Source of the DNA: a virus
Lineage: Duplodnaviria > Caudoviricetes
Virus record (IMG/VR): IMGVR_UViG_3300037461_000323
Coordinates: 1-37,346 of that record
DNA: 37,346 nt
Strand: one strand, 5' to 3'
In this document: piece after piece, positions 8,904 through 17,479 of the stretch
How positions within the stretch are numbered: position 1 is the first letter of the stretch
How the letters are laid out: every line of letters begins with the position of its first letter
Made by a program: the position numbers and the translations under genes
Notes under the pieces: model-generated
Told to the model about the DNA's origin: nothing
What the model saw: the letters and a program-made list of their open reading frames with translations, nothing else
Databases searched by the model: none

Positions 8904-9353
8904 ATGAACCCTTTTTCATCTCTCCTGAAATCTCGTAAGTTCTGGCTGGCTGTTCTTGCTTTTGTGCAGGTGCTAGTCTTTACTTTGAAGCCATCATTCC
9001 CTCAAGAGTTATGGGCGGCCATCAATGAGGTCCTGCTCGTTCTGATCATCTCCGTGACCGTCGAGAATGTAGGTACGTTTGCGGCGGCCGCCATCGCGAA
9101 AGACTCGGCCTTTCAGTACCGGGCTGTCGCCCTGACTTCCGAAACGTCACGATGGCCGTGGCTGTTTCGTTCACGAAAGTTCTGGCTTGCCGTCTTGGCT
9201 GTTGTCCAGACCGTTGTATTCTCGTTACTACCTGAGTTTCCTGATGAACTGTGGCAGGGTATCAACACGGTGTTGATGGTCGTCATCGGGATGTACGCAG
9301 TTGAGGATGTTGCCGCTACCGTGTCATCGGCCGTGAAGTTTCGCCAAGAGTAG
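8904..9353 (+). CDS. Holin-like membrane protein made of two tandem copies
   Basis: SRKFWLAVLA occurs twice, each followed by two hydrophobic helices. AAAGG lies 5 nt before ATG 8904; GTG 8898 is an alternative start. Confidence 0.7.
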   Translation: MNPFSSLLKSRKFWLAVLAFVQVLVFTLKPSFPQELWAAINEVLLVLIISVTVENVGTFAAAAIAKDSAFQYRAVALTSETSRWPWLFRSRKFWLAVLAVVQTVVFSLLPEFPDELWQGINTVLMVVIGMYAVEDVAATVSSAVKFRQE

Positions 9354-9376
9354 ACCCTTGAAGCAGGAGAACCTAG

Positions 9377-9679
9377 GTGAGCACAGCTACAACTTCTCAA
9401 TGGATTCTCCTGTATGGATATGTCATCACACTGGCCGTATGCACCTTCTTCTTCTTGACGAATAGGCGCGTACGGCCGGTTGCTTTTGCTGTCGGCTTTG
9501 TCGCCCTCACCCACACGGTCTACTACCTAGCCTTCTTGGTGTATCCAGGGTGGCTTGATGGAGTACAGACCATGAACTTTTCGATAGCGATCAGGTTCCA
9601 CATCCTCTTCACCGGAATTGCATCCCTCATTCTCACCGTCTTGCACTATAAGGCGAAAGATAGGAGAGGTAGTGAGTGA
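9377..9679 (+). CDS. Small three-helix membrane protein
   Basis: AGGAG before GTG. Three hydrophobic segments and a basic C-terminus. Confidence 0.75.
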   Translation: MSTATTSQWILLYGYVITLAVCTFFFLTNRRVRPVAFAVGFVALTHTVYYLAFLVYPGWLDGVQTMNFSIAIRFHILFTGIASLILTVLHYKAKDRRGSE

Positions 9680-10208
9680 TACAGCCCTCATTATTGTTGT
9701 CGGGATGCTGCTCACGGCCGTAACCTTCGCGTTCTTATGGAAGCAGGGCGTTGGGCCGGGGATCATCGAGAAGCAACAAGATAGCCTAGATAAACAGCAC
9801 GTCCGTATCGAGCATCTCCAGCAGGAGATCGATGAGCTACGCACGGCCATGCTTCTTGACCGGGATCTACTGGCCGCTATTCGCGGGGAGATGAAGGAGT
9901 GGCGGCGGGGGATGCAGATCAACTTCGATCAGATGAAAGAGGCTGGACTTACGCCCCGCTGGATACCGCGTAACATGGATGAGATCCTAGATGTGCCCCG
10001 GCCGAACAGTACCCTTGCTCAAAAACTGGCTGAGCGCTTCAACGTAGAGGAGTTGGACTCTCTGGCGTACGACATCGGTATACTAGCTGACGATTTCACC
10101 GGAGAGACGAGACAGTCACGCGCAAGAGAACTTGTTCAGGTTGCCCACCGACTCGGTATGACGGCGAAGCTTAGGGAGAGGGCCGCGCAACTCAGGAAAG
10201 ACTTCTAG
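9672..10208 (+). CDS. Membrane-anchored coiled-coil protein with C-terminal EAD7-like domain
   Basis: GGAG before GTG 9672. N-terminal TM helix, heptad region, then LAERFNVEELDSLAYDIGILADDFTGETRQSRARELVQVAHRLG. Confidence 0.7.
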   Translation: MSDTALIIVVGMLLTAVTFAFLWKQGVGPGIIEKQQDSLDKQHVRIEHLQQEIDELRTAMLLDRDLLAAIRGEMKEWRRGMQINFDQMKEAGLTPRWIPRNMDEILDVPRPNSTLAQKLAERFNVEELDSLAYDIGILADDFTGETRQSRARELVQVAHRLGMTAKLRERAAQLRKDF

Positions 10209-10237
10209 TAGCTACCAAATGTAGCTACTGCTATAAT
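10207..10237 (+). promoter_or_regulatory. Extended -10 promoter with a double palindromic operator
   Basis: GTAGCTAC at 10208-10215 and 10221-10228. TGcTATAAT at 10229-10237, 5 nt before ATG 10243. Confidence 0.7.
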
Positions 10238-10242
10238 GTGCC

Positions 10243-10560
10243 ATGAGGCACATTATGAGAGTACGACTCACAAAGAAACTTCGAGAAAATGTAATGCGTG
10301 CGGCCGCTCTTTCAGGGGAGTCTATGGCCGCGTTTGCGCGTCGGCAAATATCTCTGTTGCCAGACAAGGATAACTCCGCTAAAAACGACGAGTGGGTAGA
10401 TACTTCTATTCGCTTGAGTGATGCCGAAATTGATAAGCTGGATGGTGTGGCCGTCAGGCTGTACACCACACGTAATGGTGCGTTGAATGCTATCCTAGAT
10501 GCGGCCGCATCCAAGGTAATCGGAGAAGATAATGCGCGTACGAATGATTCCGGACAGTGA
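10243..10560 (+). CDS. Tandem ribbon-helix-helix DNA-binding protein
   Basis: Two RHH-like units: IMRVRLTKKLRENVMRAAALSGESMAAFARRQI and TSIRLSDAEIDKLDGVAVRLYTTRNGALNAIL. Confidence 0.7.
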   Translation: MRHIMRVRLTKKLRENVMRAAALSGESMAAFARRQISLLPDKDNSAKNDEWVDTSIRLSDAEIDKLDGVAVRLYTTRNGALNAILDAAASKVIGEDNARTNDSGQ

Positions 10561-12913
10561 GCAACTGGTAGGAGTCGGTGGAATATCGACAGTCATCACG
10601 AAGTATTACGAGCACATGCCAAAGCACGGGGTGACGTTCGTCGGGCCAACGGATCATTATGATGTCCAGTTGGTTCACGCCGGAGTGACCAACTTCGACA
10701 GCCCAAGAGGCTGTAACGTGGCATCCCTTCACGGAATGTACTGGACCGGCGATCACCCGGCCATGACGAAGCCCCACTACGTGGCAAACGCCAGAATCAC
10801 AGAGAACATCAGGCAGGCGCTTGTTGTGACTGTTCCCTCAGAGTGGGTAGCACAGACAATCAGGCGCGAGTTCAGGATCAATCCCTACATCGTTCCTCAC
10901 GGTGTGGACATAGCCGATTGGGAAGGCGGCCGTGACGAAGGTTTCGTCTTGTGGGCGAAGAACACGGTGTCCAACGTCTGTGACCCCACTCCGGTCATAG
11001 AGGCATCCAAGATTCTCACGAACGTCCCGTTCGTCTCCACCTTCGGCCCCAACACGTCAAACTTCAGCGCCAAGGGCGCGCCGTTCACCGAACAGGAGAT
11101 GAGAAAGGTGATGCTTGGATGCTCTGTGTACCTATCCACCTCTCAGGAGACGTTCGGTATCGCCACGCTTGAGGCGATGGCGGCCGGGAAGCCCGTTGTA
11201 GCGTTCAATACCGGGTTCCAACCCGTCATTCACAGGGTGACCGGCTACATAGCCAGAAACGGAGACATCGATGACTTCGTTCATGGAATCAAGTGGGCGA
11301 TGGAACACAAGGAGAGGCTCGGCCAGAACGCCAAGATGGTAGCGGCGAATTACACGTGGGACAAAGCGTGTTTAGCCATGATTGAAGCGATGATGGCGGC
11401 CGAAGATCTGACCAAGAGAAACAAGACTGTCACCGTCGTCATCCCCTACCGAAACAAGGGTCATGTCCTGCGCGAAGCAATCGACAGCGCCTTGACTCAG
11501 CAATGCTCAGAGCCGGTCAAGGTCATCGTGGTGGATGACGCATCTGATGACCAGATAGCCAAGGAGATGACTGACGCTTACTCAAAGAAGCAGGTCAAGT
11601 ACGTTCGTTTACAGGAGAGGTCTGGCGTAGCGGTTGCCAGAAATGTGGGGATCGACTTGGCTCTTGGGGAATACATCGTCTGTCTGGATGCTGACGATAT
11701 GATGGCACCGGGGTACATCGACACCTGCTACCGAAAGCTTGCTCATGACCGAAGCATCGGGATAGCCTATACCGGGCTAGGACAGATCCACGAGAAGGGT
11801 ATCGTCAAGTCGGAATGGCCGGGAGAGTTCGACTTCTGGAGACAGGCGGCCGGGCACAATCAGGTGCCGACAGCGGCTATGTTCAGGAAGGAGATGTGGC
11901 GCAGAGTCGGCGGCTACCGGGCGCGGTACACACGCTATGCGCGGCTAGGGTTCGGCTCAGAGGACGCGGCTTTCTGGCTGCACGGAACAGCCATCGGCTA
12001 CCGGGCGGTGCAGGTCACGCCCGAGCCTCTGTTCTGGTACCGGCCGGGTGGATCTACATCCCGTAGCGGCTACCGGGAACTCCCGTGGCACAACTTCTAC
12101 CATTGGGACGCTCTTGGCTATCCGGCCGGGGCACCACCGAAGGGCACAATCCCGTCATGGCCGGTGAACATTTACGATCCGCCCAACGTGTCGGTGATTA
12201 TCCCTGTCGGTCCGGGGCACGAAGGGTATCTGCCTGATGCAATCGATAGCGTTGAGGCGCAGAGCTATCGCCGGGTTGAGGTCATTGTCGTGTGGGACAG
12301 CCCGGAGAAAATCCCGTCTTGGTACACGACAGGCTATCCGTACGTCAAGTTCATCAAGGGAAAGGGATCTATGGGCGCTGGCGCGGCCAGAAACCTAGGG
12401 GCAAGCAAAGCCCGGACTGAGTTCGTCGTGTTCTTGGACTCTGACGATATGATGCTTGCGGGGTTCCTTGAGTCGGCCGTGAGAGAGTGGAACAAGCACA
12501 GGGCGATCATCTACACGGACTACATCGGGAGTCATGATATTCCAGAGGGGCAAGACCCGAAGAAGCTGAAAGGATACACCGGCCATGACCCGCTCATGGG
12601 TGTAGCCTACAACCGGAACAGGCTGTACGACTTTGACCCTGAAAAGGCGAAGCGGCAGCCGGAAGAGATTCCGTACGTGTGGAGTCTGGTCACCTGCTTC
12701 CTACCACTCAAGTGGTTCAAGGCAATCGGCGGGTTCAAGGAAGATCTTGAATCGTGGGAAGATTGGGATCTCCATGTACGTCTGGCGAAGGCGGGGTATC
12801 CCTACTTCCATCTGAAAGATTGGCTGCTACACTACAGGGAGAATCTTGGTAAGAGATCCACGGAAGCGGAACTCCGCTGGAAGGAGTGGAATCTACCAGA
12901 GAGGATAGGTTGA
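10532..12913 (+). CDS. Three-domain glycosyltransferase (GT4/GT-B + GT2 + GT2)
   Basis: ETFGIATLEAMAAGKPVV (GT4). VTVVIP...VDDASDD...ARNVG...LDADD (GT2). VSVIIP...ARNLG...LDSDD...EDWDL (GT2). Confidence 0.92.
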   Translation: MRVRMIPDSEQLVGVGGISTVITKYYEHMPKHGVTFVGPTDHYDVQLVHAGVTNFDSPRGCNVASLHGMYWTGDHPAMTKPHYVANARITENIRQALVVTVPSEWVAQTIRREFRINPYIVPHGVDIADWEGGRDEGFVLWAKNTVSNVCDPTPVIEASKILTNVPFVSTFGPNTSNFSAKGAPFTEQEMRKVMLGCSVYLSTSQETFGIATLEAMAAGKPVVAFNTGFQPVIHRVTGYIARNGDIDDFVHGIKWAMEHKERLGQNAKMVAANYTWDKACLAMIEAMMAAEDLTKRNKTVTVVIPYRNKGHVLREAIDSALTQQCSEPVKVIVVDDASDDQIAKEMTDAYSKKQVKYVRLQERSGVAVARNVGIDLALGEYIVCLDADDMMAPGYIDTCYRKLAHDRSIGIAYTGLGQIHEKGIVKSEWPGEFDFWRQAAGHNQVPTAAMFRKEMWRRVGGYRARYTRYARLGFGSEDAAFWLHGTAIGYRAVQVTPEPLFWYRPGGSTSRSGYRELPWHNFYHWDALGYPAGAPPKGTIPSWPVNIYDPPNVSVIIPVGPGHEGYLPDAIDSVEAQSYRRVEVIVVWDSPEKIPSWYTTGYPYVKFIKGKGSMGAGAARNLGASKARTEFVVFLDSDDMMLAGFLESAVREWNKHRAIIYTDYIGSHDIPEGQDPKKLKGYTGHDPLMGVAYNRNRLYDFDPEKAKRQPEEIPYVWSLVTCFLPLKWFKAIGGFKEDLESWEDWDLHVRLAKAGYPYFHLKDWLLHYRENLGKRSTEAELRWKEWNLPERIG

Positions 12914-12914
12914 G

Positions 12915-13490
12915 ATGGCATGTTGCGGAAGCAAAGCAAAAAAGGAGTATCTAGCGATGCAAAAGGTAGCACCTCAGTTGGTTGATGTCATGTATCAGAA
13001 GGAAGGTCAAGTCGGCGCGGTCCCTCTCACGTCCGTGACGTACGGAGACAACGGCCGTCCCCTCTCCCTTGGCTCTCGTGCCAACGGAGACGTGTTCAAA
13101 GTCCCGGTTCAGGATGTACTTGCTCATCCTGATTATTTCCTGACCCCAAGCGGCAAGCGGTTTGTCATCAATGGGGCGACTGTCGAAGATCCCGACAAGG
13201 CTTCTACCCCGGTCTCTCTTGAGCCGGACAGCCTGATTGGTCACGCGGATGACGGAACCCCCATTCTGCTTCAGGACGCGATGGATGAGTTGTCCGGCGC
13301 GTTCGGTACCAAGAAGGCCGCCGAAGCCCTGATCGGGGAATCCGTCTATTCCGTTGCCGCTCTGGAAGGAGTTGACGACGAGTGGCTTGAGGGAGTTGTC
13401 GGCAAGCGTGCGGTAGGAACCTACCGGAAGAGCCTTGAGAAAGCGGCCGAAGAGGCCAAAGAAGCAGTAGAAGATGCTGACCCCTCTTAA
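12915..13490 (+). CDS. Hypothetical protein with N-terminal CC motif and possible C-terminal helix-hairpin-helix
   Basis: Starts MACCG. SVAALEGVDDEWLEGVVGKRA is HhH-like. Tightly packed in the operon. Confidence 0.6.
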   Translation: MACCGSKAKKEYLAMQKVAPQLVDVMYQKEGQVGAVPLTSVTYGDNGRPLSLGSRANGDVFKVPVQDVLAHPDYFLTPSGKRFVINGATVEDPDKASTPVSLEPDSLIGHADDGTPILLQDAMDELSGAFGTKKAAEALIGESVYSVAALEGVDDEWLEGVVGKRAVGTYRKSLEKAAEEAKEAVEDADPS

Positions 13491-13821
13491 AGATAATATT
13501 ACTCTTGTTCTGGCTGCCGATATGGCAGCCAGAACATACATAGAGGATCTAGGTCCGGGTAATATCTTTCTTACAAGTTATGAGTTCTTTGATAGGCGCG
13601 GGAAAGCCGGTAGTAAGCTGTCCGAAGGAGTGGCGCAAGCCCTCAACTGCGTCAAGTGCCTTTCCCTCTGGCTGGCCTTGGCCATGATCTTGCTTCGTTC
13701 AGTCAGTCGGCCGCTCTACCTGCTGATCACCGTTCCTCTGGCCGTGTCCCGTGTGGTGACATGGCTGACGGATGTATCTGAGTTTTTCTCCCCGAACCCC
13801 TCTGATTTGACTAGGCCATAG
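13474..13821 (+). CDS. DUF1360-like membrane protein
   Basis: EDLGPGNIF and ALNCVKCLSLWLA (CxxC.S.W) with hydrophobic helices. Confidence 0.55.
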   Translation: MLTPLKDNITLVLAADMAARTYIEDLGPGNIFLTSYEFFDRRGKAGSKLSEGVAQALNCVKCLSLWLALAMILLRSVSRPLYLLITVPLAVSRVVTWLTDVSEFFSPNPSDLTRP

Positions 13822-13834
13822 TTGCCCGTACAAT
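13807..13834 (+). promoter_or_regulatory. Sigma70-type promoter of the neck/tail operon
   Basis: TTGACT (13807-13812), 16-bp spacer, TACAAT (13829-13834). Confidence 0.7.
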
Positions 13835-13851
13835 AACCGTAGAACCCTTAC

Positions 13852-13883
13852 AGGGACTCGAACGCGAGTCCCTTTTTTGTTTT
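13852..13883 (+). terminator. Terminator-like hairpin in leader, copy 2
   Basis: AGGGACTCG-AACG-CGAGTCCCT then TTTTTGTTTT immediately before ATG 13884. Confidence 0.8.
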
Positions 13884-15149
13884 ATGGCTACAACAATCGT
13901 CACCACAGGTACCCCGGTCCCTCAGACTCCGCCAGTCGTGCCTAACGCTGGCGTGATGCCTCTTCCGTATACCCGGATGCCGCTGTCGGATTGGGCGGCC
14001 AGACTTGGCCTTAACCCGGTTCACTTTGCTGGCGGTGTCATCTCCGGCCGCTTCATGAGAGAGGCGGCCTGTTCTTCCCCGTGGCCAAGATACACGTGGC
14101 AGGACGGCGGGGTGAACCTCAGCCATACAGATGTGGCGCTGTCAATCGCGACGGCCGAATCTCTGATTGAGGAGTACCTTGGGTACCACGTGGCACCACG
14201 CTGGCGCGATGAGGTTCACGCCTATCCGCGTTACAAGAACCTCTACCGCACACGCGGGGTGAACGTCACCGGCCGACGGCCTGCAATCCAGATGGAACGG
14301 AGCAAGATCCTGTCCGTTTCCCGTGAGGCAAGGGAGTACATCGGGACATTTCCTGTGTCCTATCAGGACTTGGACGGTGACGGGTTCGCGGAGATCGCTT
14401 ACGTATCCGTGACTGGCGGGGCAGACATCGATGTAAACGAGATTGCCCTGTTCCCTGTCGGCCTGAGCGATCATCCATCATGGCAGATACGATACCCGAA
14501 ACGATGGGGGAACGTGGCCGGAGATACGTACTTCCTGATTGACTTCTGGTTGATGTTTGATCAGGAGATACTTTCTCGTATGCCGGGGGAGACCTACATC
14601 CCTCTTGACGCGGCCAATCCGGCAAACCTGATAGACCACGTAGACGTTTACCGCGTGTATCAGGAGACGGCCGGTGCCGTGAATCTGACTTGGGAAGAGG
14701 GTTCGTACTGCCTGCCTGACGGCAGTTCCTCACTGACGACGACAGGGATCGTAAGAGACCCTGAGACCGGAATGGTAGCGCCTACTTGGAGTTACGGGGC
14801 GCTGGCCGGACGGCTCACGCCTGATCTGGCGAACATCACCTACTATTCTGGCGCTCAGTCCAGAGAGTATATCGCGGGATACACACTTAATCCGCTCGGT
14901 GGGCATCTGGCGGACGCGGTGTTTTATCTTTCCGCTGCAAGAGTGACACGAGATATCTGTGGTTGCGCTGAAGCACGGGCACTCGTAGCAGACTTGCGGA
15001 CGGATATGTCATTAGTTTCTCCGCAGGGCAACTTCCTTGCGGTGGCCGACGCAATACAAGTTGCCCCGTTCGGTACGCGACGGGGAGAGTGGTTGGCCTA
15101 CAAGTCCTTAACCCTACTCGATAAGCATATAGAGGTCGCGTTGGTCTGA
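13884..15149 (+). CDS. Putative head-tail adaptor/connector
   Basis: AESLIEEYLGY...ITYYSG...LADAVFYLSA pattern of gp6-like adaptors with a large insert. Lies before the tail tube gene. Confidence 0.55.
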   Translation: MATTIVTTGTPVPQTPPVVPNAGVMPLPYTRMPLSDWAARLGLNPVHFAGGVISGRFMREAACSSPWPRYTWQDGGVNLSHTDVALSIATAESLIEEYLGYHVAPRWRDEVHAYPRYKNLYRTRGVNVTGRRPAIQMERSKILSVSREAREYIGTFPVSYQDLDGDGFAEIAYVSVTGGADIDVNEIALFPVGLSDHPSWQIRYPKRWGNVAGDTYFLIDFWLMFDQEILSRMPGETYIPLDAANPANLIDHVDVYRVYQETAGAVNLTWEEGSYCLPDGSSSLTTTGIVRDPETGMVAPTWSYGALAGRLTPDLANITYYSGAQSREYIAGYTLNPLGGHLADAVFYLSAARVTRDICGCAEARALVADLRTDMSLVSPQGNFLAVADAIQVAPFGTRRGEWLAYKSLTLLDKHIEVALV

Positions 15150-15165
15150 CCCTAGAAGGAGTAAC

Positions 15166-16659
15166 ATGGCACAGAATAACATCTTAAGAACTACTCAGAG
15201 CCGCGTTTTCATGACGCTCTCTAAGAGTTCACCGGCTGTGAAGCCGCTGTTCCAAGACTGCATGGTCTTGGGCGGCATCTCTCAGTCGTTTGGAGATCGC
15301 GAACCGATCTTCTGCCAAGACCCGTATCGCATCGGCCGCTACAAGATCATCGGCTTCACGGAATCTCCGGCCGAGTCTGTGGAAAGCAGCCTGAATGCGC
15401 GCTTCCCGTTCACCGCTCGTTCGGCTCTGATTCAGGCCGCTCGTGCTCAAGCCCCGGTTGACCTTCACGTCCACATGGGCGCTATCGGCTCTAACCCGAC
15501 TGTGTTCAACGCTTGGACTAAGAAGATCATCTTTGAAGGCGCTCGTATTTCGTCTGTCGATATTGACGAAGTGGGCGCGCACGACGAAGACACCCCGGTT
15601 GGCCACTCTGTGGACATCACGGCCGACGACTGGTACGAGATCGTACCCATGTCGTTCTCTGAGCGCGGCACATCCGTCAGCACGGAGATTGCCGGTGATG
15701 TGGCCCTGTTCTACAACGGCCGTCTTGAGTTGCAGCCCCGTGAGCGCGTCATGGCTTTCGCCGTGATGGCTGGCGACGGCTCGACTACCAGCCCCTCTCT
15801 GCTCTATTCGCTGGATCAGGGAACGAACTGGTACGCGGTTGAAATGACCAGTGTCACCACCTCCGGAGAGGCTAACGGAGTCGCCGTGGTTGGTGACTAC
15901 GTGACTGTCGTCGGCGGAACCGGCACGGCCGGGAAGCTTTTGTACACGCGCTGGTCCGGTCTCAACACCGTGACCACGCCGACTATCACCCAAGTCACCA
16001 CGGGCTTTGTCACGTCGAAGATCCCGAACGACATCTACTCCATCGGCTCTGTCGCCTTCGTGGCGGCCGATGGCGGGTACGTCTACAAGATCTCTGACAC
16101 CCCGTCCGGTGTATCAGTCATGTCTGCGGGAACTGCTTCCACACAAAACCTGTTCGCCATCGCCGCTTTTGACGAAAACGTCATCGTCGCCGTTGGCGCT
16201 AGTAATACCGTTCTGGTCTGCACGGATGGTGACAACTTCTCCGCCGTGACCGGCCCCGCTTCCGGCACCGCCCTGACGGCCGTCGCCTGCCTGAGCGAGA
16301 CGGTGTTCCTTGTTGGTACTGCTGACGGAAAACTCTTCTTCACGCAGGACGCTGGTGTTTCGTGGACTCAGAAATCGTTCCAAGGTTCCGGCGCGTCTGG
16401 CGCTGTAGTCAACGACTTGGCCTTCGCTAACTCGATGGTTGGGTACATGGCGTACGAAGCTACGGGCGCTTCCGGAATCCTGATGACCACCGATGGTGGT
16501 TACTCTTGGGACTATGTTCCTTCGGCCGGACTCCTGTCCTACTCGACGGGGTATCTTGGTATCGCCGCTTTGCGCGACGACCCGAACATCGTCCTTGCCG
16601 CTGGTCCGAATGAGAACGACACGGCCGGTTCCCTAATCATGGGCGAGCCTGTCGCTTAA
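15166..16659 (+). CDS. Major tail protein with C-terminal Asp-box (BNR/YCF48-like) beta-propeller
   Basis: AAGGAG RBS. Directly precedes the chaperone and tape measure genes. Asp-boxes SLDQGTNW, CTDGDNF, TQDAGVSW, TTDGGYSW. Confidence 0.7.
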   Translation: MAQNNILRTTQSRVFMTLSKSSPAVKPLFQDCMVLGGISQSFGDREPIFCQDPYRIGRYKIIGFTESPAESVESSLNARFPFTARSALIQAARAQAPVDLHVHMGAIGSNPTVFNAWTKKIIFEGARISSVDIDEVGAHDEDTPVGHSVDITADDWYEIVPMSFSERGTSVSTEIAGDVALFYNGRLELQPRERVMAFAVMAGDGSTTSPSLLYSLDQGTNWYAVEMTSVTTSGEANGVAVVGDYVTVVGGTGTAGKLLYTRWSGLNTVTTPTITQVTTGFVTSKIPNDIYSIGSVAFVAADGGYVYKISDTPSGVSVMSAGTASTQNLFAIAAFDENVIVAVGASNTVLVCTDGDNFSAVTGPASGTALTAVACLSETVFLVGTADGKLFFTQDAGVSWTQKSFQGSGASGAVVNDLAFANSMVGYMAYEATGASGILMTTDGGYSWDYVPSAGLLSYSTGYLGIAALRDDPNIVLAAGPNENDTAGSLIMGEPVA

Positions 16660-16694
16660 GAGTTTTATAGTCAAGACATACTTGGAGGTATGAC

Positions 16695-17255
16695 ATGCCT
16701 AGTGAGATCATCACCCTGAAGTCAGGGACACGTATTCGCATCAAGCCGGTTCCGGCTTTCACTGTTGAGCGTATTCAGACGCTCGTGAAGATGCCGGAAC
16801 CGCCTATCTTCTACGACGAAGAGTCTGGAAGAGATATCGTCAACCCCACAGATCCCCAATACTTGGCGGCCGTTCAGGAAGCTGAGACGCGGCGAATCGC
16901 CGTATCCATGCTGGCGGCCGTCATTTTCGGCACCGAACTGGTGGACGCCAAGGGGAACAAGATTCACGCCCCGACTCCTGAAGAGGATGATTGGGAAGCC
17001 AAGCTGTCGTACATGGGAATCGACTGGCGAGAAAAGCTGATCGAAGATGTTCCCATGCCGCCCGGTGCGAATCTGGACTTTGCTCGTGACGCTTGCTACC
17101 TGCTTTACACGCAGATGGAGAATGATGAGATTCAGATCATCGCCTCTAAGACGCTAGGCGGGGAGGCGTACGCGACAGCCGTGGACACCTTTCAGGGTAC
17201 AGAGACACGGGGTAGCACTAGACCAGTACGCCCTAAGCGGAGCAAGCCGTCTTGA
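16695..17255 (+). CDS. Tail assembly chaperone (short form)
   Basis: GGAGG RBS. Located between the tail tube and tape measure genes. Confidence 0.75.
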   Translation: MPSEIITLKSGTRIRIKPVPAFTVERIQTLVKMPEPPIFYDEESGRDIVNPTDPQYLAAVQEAETRRIAVSMLAAVIFGTELVDAKGNKIHAPTPEEDDWEAKLSYMGIDWREKLIEDVPMPPGANLDFARDACYLLYTQMENDEIQIIASKTLGGEAYATAVDTFQGTETRGSTRPVRPKRSKPS

Positions 17256-17478
17256 TGTAGGGATCACCTACTCAAGATCTTTCAGAGAGATAAACGCCTG
17301 TGTGGCCGCCGGTCTGGACTACAGCAAGTGGAGAGACGGCGGCTACGAAAGAGATTTGATGGATGAGGTTCTGGCTTGGCACGACTTAACTGGACTGATC
17401 AACTCTCACGTTGAGGACGCGAAAGCGGCCGAGATGAAGAAGAGCCAGAAGAAAGGCAGAAAGGGTAAGAAGAAGTAA
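17194..17478 (+). CDS. Tail assembly chaperone frameshift extension (+1 frame, not in ORF track)
   Basis: The +1 frame is open from 17158 to 17478 (RVQRHGVALDQY...EVLAWHDL...KKGRKGKKK*) with no early start codon, and ends 1 nt before the tape measure ATG. Confidence 0.75.
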   Translation, partial: RVQRHGVALDQYALSGASRLDVGITYSRSFREINACVAAGLDYSKWRDGGYERDLMDEVLAWHDLTGLINSHVEDAKAAEMKKSQKKGRKGKKK

Positions 17479-17479
17479 G

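Noticed and set aside
8898-8906. Lambda S-like dual start (GTG-AAT-ATG) in the holin
   Set aside because: The intervening residue is not basic, and the GTG is part of the likely RBS for ATG 8904.
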